Source of the DNA: Candidatus Omnitrophota bacterium
Lineage (GTDB): Bacteria; Omnitrophota; Gorgyraeia; Zapsychrales; Fredricksoniimonadaceae
Reading direction: 5' to 3'
NCBI GenBank assembly: GCA_015232565.1
Contig: JADFZK010000011.1
Location: 358-64,357, forward strand
DNA length: 64,000 bases
A program made the position numbers and the translations under genes. The number at the start of each line of letters is the position of its first letter. Within the stretch, counting starts at the first letter, position 1. The notes below the pieces were generated by a model. It was not told the DNA's origin, did not search any database, and saw nothing but the letters and a program-made list of their open reading frames with translations. Positions 25,594 to 35,332 of the stretch are shown here, piece by piece.

Positions 25594-26277
25594 TTAAAAC
25601 CTGTACTTGATAATGGCCCCATACATTCCCAAAGCTTTCGGCCAATTGATCTTTTTACCTTGCACAATTGACCGCGCCTGATATTTAACGGGAACCTCCA
25701 CTATACGCACACCACGGCGCACCAGTTTAGCCGTGACCTCGGTCTCAAAAGAGAAATGATCCGACTCCAGCGCGATCGCTTTGATATCCTGCGCACGAAA
25801 CAACTTGAAACAGGTATTAATATCGGTCAGCCGGGTGCCAAATAACAGATTAAACGTGACGTTGGAAACCACATTCGCGAAACGATTCATCGGCGCCATG
25901 CCCTCGATAACGCCCTTGAAGCGGGAACCATACACCGCATCGGCCTGGCCGCTGAGGATCGGCGCCAGCAACCGGGGGTATTGCGCGGGATCATATTCCA
26001 GGTCGGCATCCTGGATCAGCACCAGCCCGCCGGTGGCTTCCTTGATGCCGCGGCGGATAGCCGCGGTCTTGCCCTGGTTGGTTTGCTGAAAGACCTTCAC
26101 GAAACGGTCGCCATCGAAACGGCCCAGCGCTCCGGCCGTGCCATCGGTAGAGCCGTCGTTGATCACCAGGATCTCGCGCTCCCAACCCAAAGGCAACACC
26201 ACCGCTTTCACCGCGTTAATAACCTCGACGACCGTACGCTCTTCATTGTAAGCCGGAATAATAACCGAAAGTTTCAC
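25594..26277 (-). CDS. GT2 polyprenol-phosphate glycosyltransferase (DPM1-like)
   Basis: [34 protein letters not shown]. Confidence 0.92.
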   Translation of the reverse strand: MKLSVIIPAYNEERTVVEVINAVKAVVLPLGWEREILVINDGSTDGTAGALGRFDGDRFVKVFQQTNQGKTAAIRRGIKEATGGLVLIQDADLEYDPAQYPRLLAPILSGQADAVYGSRFKGVIEGMAPMNRFANVVSNVTFNLLFGTRLTDINTCFKLFRAQDIKAIALESDHFSFETEVTAKLVRRGVRIVEVPVKYQARSIVQGKKINWPKALGMYGAIIKYRF

Positions 26278-27902
26278 AATACCGCCTTGTACCGGTTGGT
26301 AAGCGGCAAGCGCCAGTCTTTGCCGAAAGCCCGCTTGGAGATCTTGACCCCTGGAGGAGCCTGGCGTCTTTTATACTCACTTTTATCCACCAGCTCAACA
26401 ACTTTCCGGGCCATTTTAATATCACCACAAGACCGGCCCATGGCTCCCAAAGAACGATGGCCTTCAACATAAAGATTCAACAGGTCATCCAGCACCGGAT
26501 AAGGCGGCAGGGAATCCTGGTCTTTCTGTCCGGCCTTCAGCTCCGCGGACGGAGCACGGGCAATGACCGAGAGCGGAATAACCGCTTTACCGGCCCGGGC
26601 ATTAACCTGCCGGGCCAGCTCATACACTTTGGTTTTATAGATATCCTTAATGACCGCATACCCGCCGGACATATCGCCATAAAGGGTACAATAACCCGTA
26701 GCCATCTCGCTTTTATTGCCGGTAGTCAGAACCAGCCAGCCGAATTTGTTCGAAAAAGACATCAGCAGGTTCCCCCGGATGCGCGACTGCAAATTCTCCT
26801 CGGCCAGTCCGGAAGGCGTCCCTTTAAAATATGGCTTTAAGGTCTGTAAAAAAGCCGTCACTACTGCTTCGATGGGGATCTCGTGAAAAGCCACACCCAG
26901 GTTCCTGGCCACCCGACGGGCATCATTTCGGGTGGCGGCTACATTAAAACGGGTCGGCATGGAAATACACACCACATTCCGGGGGCCGACCGCATCGGCC
27001 GCGATCGCCGCCACTAAAGCCGAATCAATGCCTCCGGAAAGGCCGATCAGGACTTTCTGAAAACCGTTCTTGCGGATATAATCCCGGGTACCCAGCAAAA
27101 CCGCCTCATACATTTCTTCTATCCGCGGCAAAGGCGCCGGCACCGCCGCCCGCTTCTTACCAGGCAGATTAACCGGCAAATCAACCAATACCAGGTCTTC
27201 CCGGAACTGAGCGCCGGACGCCAGGCAGCGGCCTTGCGGATCCACGACCAGGCTGGAGCCATCAAAAACCAGCTCGTCCTGCCCGCCCACCAGGTTAACA
27301 TACACAATGAACGCGCCAGTCTCCCGAGCGCGCCGCGCTATAAGTTTCACCCGCTCTTCCCGTTTGCCGAACTCATACGGGGAGCTGGAAATATTAACAA
27401 TGATCCTGGCGCCCGCCGCCGCCTGAGCCTGAAAAACCCCGCCGTCCACCCAGATATCTTCACAAACATTTACCGCTATTTTCTCGCCTTTAAGCGAAAA
27501 CAATTTAAAACCCCGGCCCGGAGTAAAATACCGCTTCTCATCAAAAACACTATAATTCGGCAGGGCTTGCTTGTGATAAATGTATTTCACTCCGCCATCG
27601 GCAATAACCGCCGCGGCATTATAAAGCTCCCCACCGGGGCCGCGATCCACAAAACCCACCACCGCCGTAATGCCGCTTACCTGGCGGGCCACGGTCAGCA
27701 GGCTCTTAAGGTTACCGCCAATAAAATGATCCTTGAACAACAGGTCTTCCGGCGGATAACCGGTGGTGGCCAATTCGGGGAAAACCACCAGGTCCGCCCC
27801 GCGTTCCCGCGCCGCTACGCATTGTTCCACAACCTTGCGGGCATTACCTTCCAGGTCGCCCACCGTTGTATTGATCTGTGCCAACGCCACCCGTAAGCTC
27901 AT
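26274..27902 (-). CDS. nadE: Glutamine-dependent NAD+ synthetase
   Basis: Nitrilase domain (FPEL, YHK, CEDIW), [21 protein letters not shown]. Confidence 0.97.
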   Translation of the reverse strand: MSLRVALAQINTTVGDLEGNARKVVEQCVAARERGADLVVFPELATTGYPPEDLLFKDHFIGGNLKSLLTVARQVSGITAVVGFVDRGPGGELYNAAAVIADGGVKYIYHKQALPNYSVFDEKRYFTPGRGFKLFSLKGEKIAVNVCEDIWVDGGVFQAQAAAGARIIVNISSSPYEFGKREERVKLIARRARETGAFIVYVNLVGGQDELVFDGSSLVVDPQGRCLASGAQFREDLVLVDLPVNLPGKKRAAVPAPLPRIEEMYEAVLLGTRDYIRKNGFQKVLIGLSGGIDSALVAAIAADAVGPRNVVCISMPTRFNVAATRNDARRVARNLGVAFHEIPIEAVVTAFLQTLKPYFKGTPSGLAEENLQSRIRGNLLMSFSNKFGWLVLTTGNKSEMATGYCTLYGDMSGGYAVIKDIYKTKVYELARQVNARAGKAVIPLSVIARAPSAELKAGQKDQDSLPPYPVLDDLLNLYVEGHRSLGAMGRSCGDIKMARKVVELVDKSEYKRRQAPPGVKISKRAFGKDWRLPLTNRYKAVL

Positions 27903-28005
27903 TTAGACCTCATTATCGCCAAAATATAGCATCGTTTTAATAAACAGAATCATATCATATGCCCTTATTTAATTACGAACTTTTCTCTGCTTAGAGCCTG
28001 CAATG

Positions 28006-28045
28006 AAAAAAGGGCTCAAACGCAATATCAGCATCTGAGCCCTTT
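28006..28045 (-). terminator. Intrinsic terminator after the GSIII gene
   Basis: AAAGGGCTCAGA...TTTGAGCCCTTTTTT hairpin with U-tract on the minus strand. Confidence 0.75.
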
Positions 28046-28075
28046 CTCCTCATCGTACTTTTCAAACTATCACTT

Positions 28076-30175
28076 TTAATACAAGAACAACATCTCCGCA
28101 TAGGTCGGCAAAGGCCACAAGTCGGCCGGGACCAAACCTTCCAGCTCATCGGCCGCGGCGCGAGCCTGTAACATCGCCGCCTTCATTTTCTCGGGATTAT
28201 GCGCTTCAATGGAAGCTTCCAGCGCCTTGATCCCCGCCGACAATGCATCCGCCAGCTGGCAAACCTTGCCCAGAACATCTTTCGCGGCTGCCGCTTTGGC
28301 GCCGGCGTCTTCCACCGCTTTGACCGTTGCCGCCAAGACCGCCTGGTACTCCACTACCGCCGGGAAGATCTGAGTCACGGCAATAGTGCGGGCACATTCC
28401 GCCTCATAGGACAGCACGCTCTTGTAGTTATGCATATAGATCTCATAACGGGACAAAAGCTCTTTCCGGGAGAATACCGCGTATTTCTCGAACAAGGCGA
28501 TCGTCTTTTCCTCTTCCAGTACTTTTAAAGCTTCCGGCGTGGTCTTAAAGTTCGGCAGGCCGCGGCGTTCCGCTTCCTTATGCCATTCTTCGGTATAATT
28601 ATCGCCGTTAAAAAGCACGCGCTTGTGTTTTTTGATGATCGCCTGCAGAACCGCCTGCAATGACTTGTTAAAATCCTTCTTCGCTTTGACATCGCTTTCG
28701 ATCTGGGTGCACATTTCGTCCATCGCGGCCGCCACGATGGTATTCAAAGCCACATTCGCACCCGACGGGCTCATATTGGAACCCAGCGCACGGAACTCGA
28801 ATTTATTGCCCGTAAAAGCAAACGGAGAAGTCCGGTTGCGGTCAGTGGCATCTCTCGGCAAGGTAGGAATAACGTCGACACCTATCTGGATAGTGCCGCC
28901 GCTCCGGGCGCTCTTGGCCTCGCCGCTTTCCAGCTGTTCGATGATATCGGTCAGCTGATCGCCCAGGAACACCGAGATAATAGCCGGAGGCGCTTCATTG
29001 GCGCCCAAACGATGGTCGTTGCCCGGGGAAGCCACGGTAGCGCGCAATAAAGCCGCATTCTCGTCTACCGCCTTAATGATGGCACACAGGGTGAACAGGA
29101 ACTTGGCATTCTCGTGCGGGCTGGAACCGGGGTTGAGCCAGTTCTTTCCATCGGTACCAACTACCGACCAGTTATTATGCTTGCCCGAACCGTTAACCCC
29201 GGCAAAGGGCTTCTCGTGCAACAGGCACACCAGGCCATGCTTGTCGGCGATCTGCTTCATTACGTCCATGCACATCATGTTATGGTCCACCGCCAGATTC
29301 AAGCGCTCGTAAATAGGCGCGATCTCAAACTGGGCCGGAGCCACTTCATTATGGCGCGTCTTGGAAGGCATACCGAGCTTCCAGAGCGTCTGGTCGAGCT
29401 CTTCCATAAAAGCCATGATCCGCGGACGGATAGCGCCGAAATAATGGTCTTCCATCTGCTGATGGCGGGCCGGCTTGCGGCCAAATAAAGTACGTCCGGT
29501 CTGCACCAGATCCAGGCGCTGTTCATAAAAAGCCTTATCGATCAGGAAATATTCCTGCTCGGGTCCGAGTGTGGCGTAAGACTTGACCACCGGTTTAACG
29601 CCGAACATCTTGCCGGCGCGGTCCATCTGTTTGGCCAGGGCCGCGATCGAGCGCAGTAAAGGCGCTTTCTTGTCGAGCGCTTCACCATGATAACCGCAAA
29701 AAATAGTAGGAATGCACAAAGTCGCCCCTTCCGCGCCTTCTTTAATAAAGGCCGGGCTGGTGGGATCCCAGGCGGTATAACCACGCGCTTCAAAAGTGGC
29801 ACGCAGGCCGCCCGAGGGGAAAGACGAAGCATCCGGCTCACCCTGAATAAGCTCTTTGGCGGAAAATTCCATCTTCACGCCGCCCTGCCCGTCAGGGGAA
29901 ATAAAGGAATCATGTTTCTCGGCCGTGGTACCCGTCAACGGCTGGAACCAGTGGCAAAAATGCGTAGCGCCCTTGGCCACCGCCCAGTCTTTCATGGCCC
30001 CGGCCACTTCGGTGGCGATCTGGGGATCCAGCGCGCCGCCGTTGTTCATGGTCTTGCTGAGAGAATCGAAAGCTTTCTTGGAAAGAGCTTTTTTCATGGC
30101 ATTCAGCCCGAATACGTTCTCGCCATACATAGCCTCCACCGCACTAACTACCTTTTTGCTAGTTTTTCCTGCCAT
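28076..30175 (-). CDS. glnA: Glutamine synthetase type III
   Basis: HWFQPLTG..AEKHD, GEPDASSFPSGG, HEKPFAGVNGSGKHNNWS, RNRTSPFAFTGNKFEFR. GGAGG precedes the ATG at 30175. Confidence 0.95.
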   Translation of the reverse strand: MAGKTSKKVVSAVEAMYGENVFGLNAMKKALSKKAFDSLSKTMNNGGALDPQIATEVAGAMKDWAVAKGATHFCHWFQPLTGTTAEKHDSFISPDGQGGVKMEFSAKELIQGEPDASSFPSGGLRATFEARGYTAWDPTSPAFIKEGAEGATLCIPTIFCGYHGEALDKKAPLLRSIAALAKQMDRAGKMFGVKPVVKSYATLGPEQEYFLIDKAFYEQRLDLVQTGRTLFGRKPARHQQMEDHYFGAIRPRIMAFMEELDQTLWKLGMPSKTRHNEVAPAQFEIAPIYERLNLAVDHNMMCMDVMKQIADKHGLVCLLHEKPFAGVNGSGKHNNWSVVGTDGKNWLNPGSSPHENAKFLFTLCAIIKAVDENAALLRATVASPGNDHRLGANEAPPAIISVFLGDQLTDIIEQLESGEAKSARSGGTIQIGVDVIPTLPRDATDRNRTSPFAFTGNKFEFRALGSNMSPSGANVALNTIVAAAMDEMCTQIESDVKAKKDFNKSLQAVLQAIIKKHKRVLFNGDNYTEEWHKEAERRGLPNFKTTPEALKVLEEEKTIALFEKYAVFSRKELLSRYEIYMHNYKSVLSYEAECARTIAVTQIFPAVVEYQAVLAATVKAVEDAGAKAAAAKDVLGKVCQLADALSAGIKALEASIEAHNPEKMKAAMLQARAAADELEGLVPADLWPLPTYAEMLFLY

Positions 30176-30204
30176 ACATGCCTCCACTTATTTAAGATTT
30201 ACCC

Positions 30205-30271
30205 AAAATAAAAACATCCTCCCCCGAAAAGATCATTTTCGAAGGAGGACATCAGTGCCCTGCTCATTAGC
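30205..30271 (-). promoter_or_regulatory. Leader attenuator of the GSIII gene: ANTAR-type hairpin overlapping an intrinsic terminator
   Basis: GGGC-ACTGAT-GTCC (A1/G4 hexaloop, 30260-30247) overlaps the terminator GTCCTCCTTCGAAAA...TTTTCGGGGGAGGAT+TTTTT. Confidence 0.65.
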
Positions 30272-30278
30272 TGTGAGG

Positions 30279-30307
30279 AGTATATCCAGCGCCCAAATTT
30301 TTGTCAA
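30279..30307 (-). promoter_or_regulatory. sigma70 promoter of the GSIII gene
   Basis: TTGACA-17 nt-TATACT. Confidence 0.75.
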
Positions 30308-30335
30308 TTAAAAATTTTCCGTGAACCCTGGCGCT

Positions 30336-31559
30336 TTACGCGCCTTTCTGAAAGTCGGCCATCAGCAAAATGGACTCCGCGATATCTTTCATGGAACGGC
30401 AGGAATCCATGCTCTTTTTATGGATCATCCGGTAAGCGGCATCTTCAGACAGGCCGTTCAGCTTCATGATCACGCCCTTGGCGCGTTCCACCAACTTGCG
30501 GGTCTCAAGGGCTTCCTTAGCCTTCAGGGCCTCCTCCATCCAGCGCGTATTCTCCACCGCCGCGGCCGCCTGATTGGCCACCACCTGCAATACTCCCACC
30601 TCATCGTCGGTAAAAACATGCGGCTCTTTGGTGTAAACATTAATCACGCCGATAGCCCGGCCCTTGACCACCATCGGCACCGCCACCATGGTGCTTAAGC
30701 CCTCCTTTACCGCCAGCTCACGATAAAAATAACGCTTCTCTTTACGGACATCCGCCACTACCAGCGGGCGCAAAGTCTTGATGACTTCGCCCGTAAGACT
30801 GGCGCCGACTTTAAGGTTGGGCTTCTTCTTATAATCATCGCTCAAGCTCTGCGTGGCCCGGATCACCAGCTCGGAGCCCTTGGCATCCAGCAGCATCACC
30901 GAACAAATGCGCGAATTAAGCATCTCGGCGGTAACAATAACTATAAGATTCAGTATCTCGTCGAGATATTTCTCGGAAGTAATGGACTGGCTCACCTTAA
31001 CCAGGCTGTCGAACTGCAAGGCTTTCTGCCGGGTCTCGCTGAACAGCCGGGCATGTTCCACCACACTGCCCAACTGGCGGGCGGCCATACCCAGCAGATC
31101 CACCACGCTGGCGGGAAAATCGAAAGGCTTCTTGTGCTGAAGGTTAATAACCCCGATGGCCTTACCCTTATACACGATCGGCAAAGCCAGGAAAGCCTCG
31201 TAACGATCTTCCGGCAGGACATCAAAGGCTTTAAAACGCGGGTCATTATAGGCATTAACATTAATCGCCAGCGGCTTGACATTCTTCGCCACCCAACCCG
31301 TTAACCCCTCGCCAACTTTAAGCGTCAGCTGGCCCAGCTCCTGTTTGTGCGGAGTCTTGGACGCGCACAGCACCAGGTTCTGGTGCGCGGCATCGAAAAG
31401 ATACACGAACACCGAGTCCGCAGGCGCTATTGCCAGGGCCACCTTGATGACCTCTTTTAACACCCCGTCGAGATCAACCTCGGAAGTAGTGATATCCACG
31501 ATCCGGCGTAACAAGGCCAGCTCATCTTTGGATGAAAGTTGCTTCTTGACTTTAGTCAT
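30336..31559 (-). CDS. GAF-GAF-ANTAR RNA-binding antiterminator
   Basis: Two GAF domains; C-terminal LETRKLVERAKGVIM...SEDAAY..IHKKSMD...MKDIAE ANTAR signature. Confidence 0.9.
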   Translation of the reverse strand: MTKVKKQLSSKDELALLRRIVDITTSEVDLDGVLKEVIKVALAIAPADSVFVYLFDAAHQNLVLCASKTPHKQELGQLTLKVGEGLTGWVAKNVKPLAINVNAYNDPRFKAFDVLPEDRYEAFLALPIVYKGKAIGVINLQHKKPFDFPASVVDLLGMAARQLGSVVEHARLFSETRQKALQFDSLVKVSQSITSEKYLDEILNLIVIVTAEMLNSRICSVMLLDAKGSELVIRATQSLSDDYKKKPNLKVGASLTGEVIKTLRPLVVADVRKEKRYFYRELAVKEGLSTMVAVPMVVKGRAIGVINVYTKEPHVFTDDEVGVLQVVANQAAAAVENTRWMEEALKAKEALETRKLVERAKGVIMKLNGLSEDAAYRMIHKKSMDSCRSMKDIAESILLMADFQKGA

Positions 31560-31640
31560 GTACCCGCCTCCATTTTGTACCAAACGATCCGTTAATTATC
31601 CTTTACCAGCCTCGCACCAGCCAGCCGACAGATTACTTTG

Positions 31641-32186
31641 TTAACCAGGCTTGGCGGACGCACTGGCGGTATATTTCAACAAGGCTTTGATGGTCTTCAA
31701 GCCGATCTGACCGTCGGCCGCCAACCCCTGGGAAGCCTGAAAGCCTTTTAGCGCCTCGCGCGTACGCCGGCCCAGTTGGCCATCGATCTTGCCCACCCCG
31801 AACCCGGCTTTAACCAGCGCTTTCTGCACCGCGCGGCCATCCAGTTCACCTTTCTTGAACAACGGGCTTTGCAAAACCGCCTGCATGCCCGCCCAGGTGT
31901 CTTTATCCACAAAACGGGTTACCTTAAGGCCTTCGTCGGCCTGGAACCGCGCCACCGCTTCGCGGGTGGAAGCGCCAAACTTGCCATCGGGCCGGCCGAT
32001 GCTGTAACCAAAACTTTTGAGGATCTTTTGCACCTCTTCCACTTTGGCATTATATTCATTGAACTCAAAGGCGCCCAGTATCTGCCGCTCTTCGCCACCA
32101 GGCTTATGCAAAAGGGCGTAAAGGCGGTCGCAACCCGCGGCCGGCAGAAGTAAAACGATCAATAAAAGCAGTTGGGCAAATCGCAT
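31641..32186 (-). CDS. Lipoprotein with two peptidoglycan-binding (PG_binding_1) domains
   Basis: Lipobox AAGC; two DG.FG..T..A...FQ...GL motifs. Confidence 0.85.
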   Translation of the reverse strand: MRFAQLLLLIVLLLPAAGCDRLYALLHKPGGEERQILGAFEFNEYNAKVEEVQKILKSFGYSIGRPDGKFGASTREAVARFQADEGLKVTRFVDKDTWAGMQAVLQSPLFKKGELDGRAVQKALVKAGFGVGKIDGQLGRRTREALKGFQASQGLAADGQIGLKTIKALLKYTASASAKPG

Positions 32187-32194
32187 ATCACTTT

Positions 32195-32222
32195 ATAATA
32201 AGACCATTGAGCGCGGTGTCAA
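32195..32222 (-). promoter_or_regulatory. Putative sigma70 promoter giving a near-leaderless transcript
   Basis: TTGACA-16 nt-TATTAT ending 8 nt before the ATG at 32186. Confidence 0.5.
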
Positions 32223-32277
32223 TGCGATATTCATTACCTGTATTCAGTTCTCGGTCTTATGACCGCTCCACCCAGCT

Positions 32278-33975
32278 ATGGCCAATTTTATCTGCAAAAT
32301 AGAAAGATCCCTCGCCAAGCCAGCCTTGGCCGTACTTATCCTGGTCCTGCTGGGCGTGCTGGTCTACGCCAACTGCCTGCCCAATGAAATGTTCTGGGAC
32401 GATGACGATTTTATCCTCAAGAACATTTATATCCAGGACTGGAAATACTGGCCGCATTTTTTTACCGATAATGTTATCGCCGGCAACCACCTGAACAGCA
32501 ATTACTGGCGGCCGTTACTGCAGGCCGTCTTTGCCGTGGAATGGCATTTATGGAGCGACTGGGCTCCGGGCTGGCATCTGGTTAGCGCCGCCGGCCATAT
32601 CCTGGCGGGAACCGCCCTCTACAAATGCCTGGGCGCCCTGCTGAAAGACCGTCTCCCGGCCTTCCTGTGCGCGGCGGTGTTCATCGTGCACCCGGTCCAG
32701 ACCGAGGCCACGGCCTATCCCAACAGCCTGGGCGACGCGCTGGCGGCAATCTTTGTGTTCTGGGGCATCTATGCCTGGATCAAAACCCGCCGCACCGGCG
32801 CACGCGGCTGGTGGTGGGTTGCCTGGCTAATGTACCCACTGGCACTGCTGTCCAAAGAAACCGGCATCCTGTTGGCCGGCTACCTGGCCTTAACCGAATT
32901 TTTCATTCTGCAGAAAAGCGGCACCTTTTGGCAAAAGTCCTGGCGCACGCTTAGGAACCTGTGGCCTTTTATCGGCACCGCCATTGGCTACCTGGCCCTG
33001 CGGGCCACCGTATTAAACTTTGCCAATTCTTTCAACTTCTACAAAGAGCCCACCGCTTTCACCTCGCACCTGGAACTGCGCATCGTTTCTTTCCTGCAAA
33101 CCCTGGCGGCCTACACGGGGCTATTGTTCATTCCCTACGACCTGCGCGTGGAACGGGTTATCCAGCCCTCGCCCAACCTTTTTACTCCGGACGTTTTCTT
33201 TGGCGGAGCGGTTTTCCTGCTCCTGACGTTCACAATTATTTATTACTGGAAACGTAAGCCGCTGGTTACGTTCGGGGCCCTATGGTTCCTGGTGGGCATA
33301 CTGCCGACTTCCAACCTTATTGTCATCATCAATGCCGTATTATACGAACACTTCCTTTATTCCGCGCTCGTCGGTATCTTTCTGGCCATTTTCTGGAGCG
33401 GCCTGGCATGGGCCAATACCAAGACCAGAAAAAGACTGTTCCTGGGGTTAGCGTTGGTTTTTATCGCCGGGCTGGCCGGCCGCAGCCTCTGGCGCACTTT
33501 CGACTGGCGCACGGCAGTGGGTTTTTATGAAAAGCTGATCGTCACCGCGCCGCACAGTTACCGGGTGGTCAACAATCTGGGCATGGAATACGCCCAGAAA
33601 GGCCGCAATCCCGAGGCCGAAGCCACCTACCGCAAAGCCATTGTCCTGGACCCCACCAACGCGGTGGCGTACCATAATCTGGGTAATTTGTGCCGGGACA
33701 CCGGCCGCAAGGCGGAAGCCGCGCAATTCTTCGAGAAAGCCATTACCGCGCAAAGTAATTTTATCTTTTCCTACCAGGCCCTGATCCAGATCTATCTGGA
33801 TAACCAGGACTACGCCAATGCCCGCCGGGTGCTGGAACAATATTTCCAATATTCCGACGACCGCATAAATATCCTCAACCTGCTGAAAAACATCGCCCAA
33901 AAGCAGAACGACCCCGCCGCCATCCAGCGCTATTCAGAAGTATTATCCAAACTACAAACGGTCCGCCCAAAATAA
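32278..33975 (+). CDS. TMTC-like GT-C membrane glycosyltransferase with C-terminal TPRs
   Basis: FWDD, YWRPL, HPVQTEA, LLSKE, YEHFLY, then TPR repeats (NNLG, HNLG). Confidence 0.8.
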   Translation: MANFICKIERSLAKPALAVLILVLLGVLVYANCLPNEMFWDDDDFILKNIYIQDWKYWPHFFTDNVIAGNHLNSNYWRPLLQAVFAVEWHLWSDWAPGWHLVSAAGHILAGTALYKCLGALLKDRLPAFLCAAVFIVHPVQTEATAYPNSLGDALAAIFVFWGIYAWIKTRRTGARGWWWVAWLMYPLALLSKETGILLAGYLALTEFFILQKSGTFWQKSWRTLRNLWPFIGTAIGYLALRATVLNFANSFNFYKEPTAFTSHLELRIVSFLQTLAAYTGLLFIPYDLRVERVIQPSPNLFTPDVFFGGAVFLLLTFTIIYYWKRKPLVTFGALWFLVGILPTSNLIVIINAVLYEHFLYSALVGIFLAIFWSGLAWANTKTRKRLFLGLALVFIAGLAGRSLWRTFDWRTAVGFYEKLIVTAPHSYRVVNNLGMEYAQKGRNPEAEATYRKAIVLDPTNAVAYHNLGNLCRDTGRKAEAAQFFEKAITAQSNFIFSYQALIQIYLDNQDYANARRVLEQYFQYSDDRINILNLLKNIAQKQNDPAAIQRYSEVLSKLQTVRPK

Positions 33976-34000
33976 AAGACCGGCTTAACGCCGGCCTTTT
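33974..34000. terminator. Bidirectional intrinsic terminator
   Basis: AAAAGACCGGC-TTAAC-GCCGGCCTTTT between convergent units. Confidence 0.75.
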
Positions 34001-34023
34001 AGAATTTACTGCATGTAATTCTT

Positions 34024-34148
34024 TTACGGCAAGCCGACCGGCTGGGCATTGTTGCAATTCAGGGACCACACACTGCCTGTCATCTGCATCATATTGATGA
34101 CCACCGGAGCAAAGCAGTCCACGCCGCGGGTCTTGATGCGCTGGATCT
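34024..34148 (-). repeat. Orphan 125-bp direct repeat of the 3' end (35333-35457) of the 1316-aa gene
   Basis: 8 mismatches in 125 bp by manual alignment; encodes IQRIKTRGVDCFAPVVINMMQMTGSVWSLNCNNAQPVGLP*. Confidence 0.95.
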
Positions 34149-34157
34149 TAAACGTGT

Positions 34158-35231
34158 TCATCCCTGCGCCTCAAAGAATCTCTTCTGCTCTTGCTCAATC
34201 TGCGCCATCAAAACTTTCTCATTTGGTAACTGGAGCCTATACTTCGACGCAAATATCTTGTTGTCGAGCCCGCCCAGGGCGTATTCTGCAACGGTCTTTC
34301 TCTTATCCGCACACAAAACTATCCCCACCGGAGGATTCTCACCCGGCAGCATTTCTTTAGCTTTCAAATAATTCAAATACAAATTCATCTGCCCTGCATC
34401 AGCATGGGTGAACTCTCCAAGCTTCAAGTCGATTCCGACGAGGCATCGTAAAACACGATGGTACAAAAGCAAGTCCAAGCGATAATGCGCCCCTTCCAGT
34501 GTTATCCTTTTCTGACGGGCAACGAAGGTGAAACCAGCCCCCATCTCCAGCAAGAAATGTTCCAAATGCCTGATCAACCCATCCTCCAGATCGCTCTCGG
34601 AATATTCATCCCGCAGCCCCAGAAATTCAAGAACATACGGGTCTTTAACTTCATCCTCCGGCTTCAAAACAATTGGAGCCTTATGTGCCTTGCTGATAAC
34701 CGCTGCTTTTTTCTTTGATAACGCCGTCCGCTCATAAAGCATGGATTGCAGCTGGCGATTCAACTGCCGAACCGACCAATTACCCCGTGCGCACTCCACT
34801 TCGTAGAATGTTCTTTTATGTTCTTCATCTATCCGCATCAGCAAACAATAATGTGACCACGATAGCCCCAAAGCCCCGGACAGTGTCTGGGGTTTCTCGA
34901 CACCAAATTTCCCAGACGCTGTCTGGGAAATTACTGAACGCCGATAAAGCATGAAGAACCGTCTCATCAAACGCAGATTCTCCGACGAAAACCCTTTACC
35001 AAAACGTTTGGTCAGATCCTGGGCCAGTTTCAACAGCACCTCATCGCCATACTCTGCCCGCAGTGCACCCCCCTGCTCATGCTGAACGATACTGCGCCCA
35101 ATGGACCAATATGTGACCACTAAAGCCACATTCACCTGACGAACAGCGACTCTTCGTCCTTGCTCAATAAGCGAAGACAGCTCATTAACGAGACCAGAAT
35201 AACTGCGGGACTTTAATATAATTTTGGGCAT
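34158..35231 (-). CDS. yhcG: YhcG/DUF1016 family PD-(D/E)XK nuclease-like protein
   Basis: YWSIG, LSWSHY, WSVRQL, KDPYVLEFL, LLEMG.GF.FVARQ, IDLK, GQMNLY. Start moved to ATG at 35231. Confidence 0.9.
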   Translation of the reverse strand: MPKIILKSRSYSGLVNELSSLIEQGRRVAVRQVNVALVVTYWSIGRSIVQHEQGGALRAEYGDEVLLKLAQDLTKRFGKGFSSENLRLMRRFFMLYRRSVISQTASGKFGVEKPQTLSGALGLSWSHYCLLMRIDEEHKRTFYEVECARGNWSVRQLNRQLQSMLYERTALSKKKAAVISKAHKAPIVLKPEDEVKDPYVLEFLGLRDEYSESDLEDGLIRHLEHFLLEMGAGFTFVARQKRITLEGAHYRLDLLLYHRVLRCLVGIDLKLGEFTHADAGQMNLYLNYLKAKEMLPGENPPVGIVLCADKRKTVAEYALGGLDNKIFASKYRLQLPNEKVLMAQIEQEQKRFFEAQG

Positions 35232-35332
35232 GGCTTTATTATATCCACCACGTTTCAACAGAACGGAAGATTTACCTGAAGTTCAGCAAACCCAGCGACT
35301 TTGAAATAGCATCCGGAGATGCAAACTCAACA

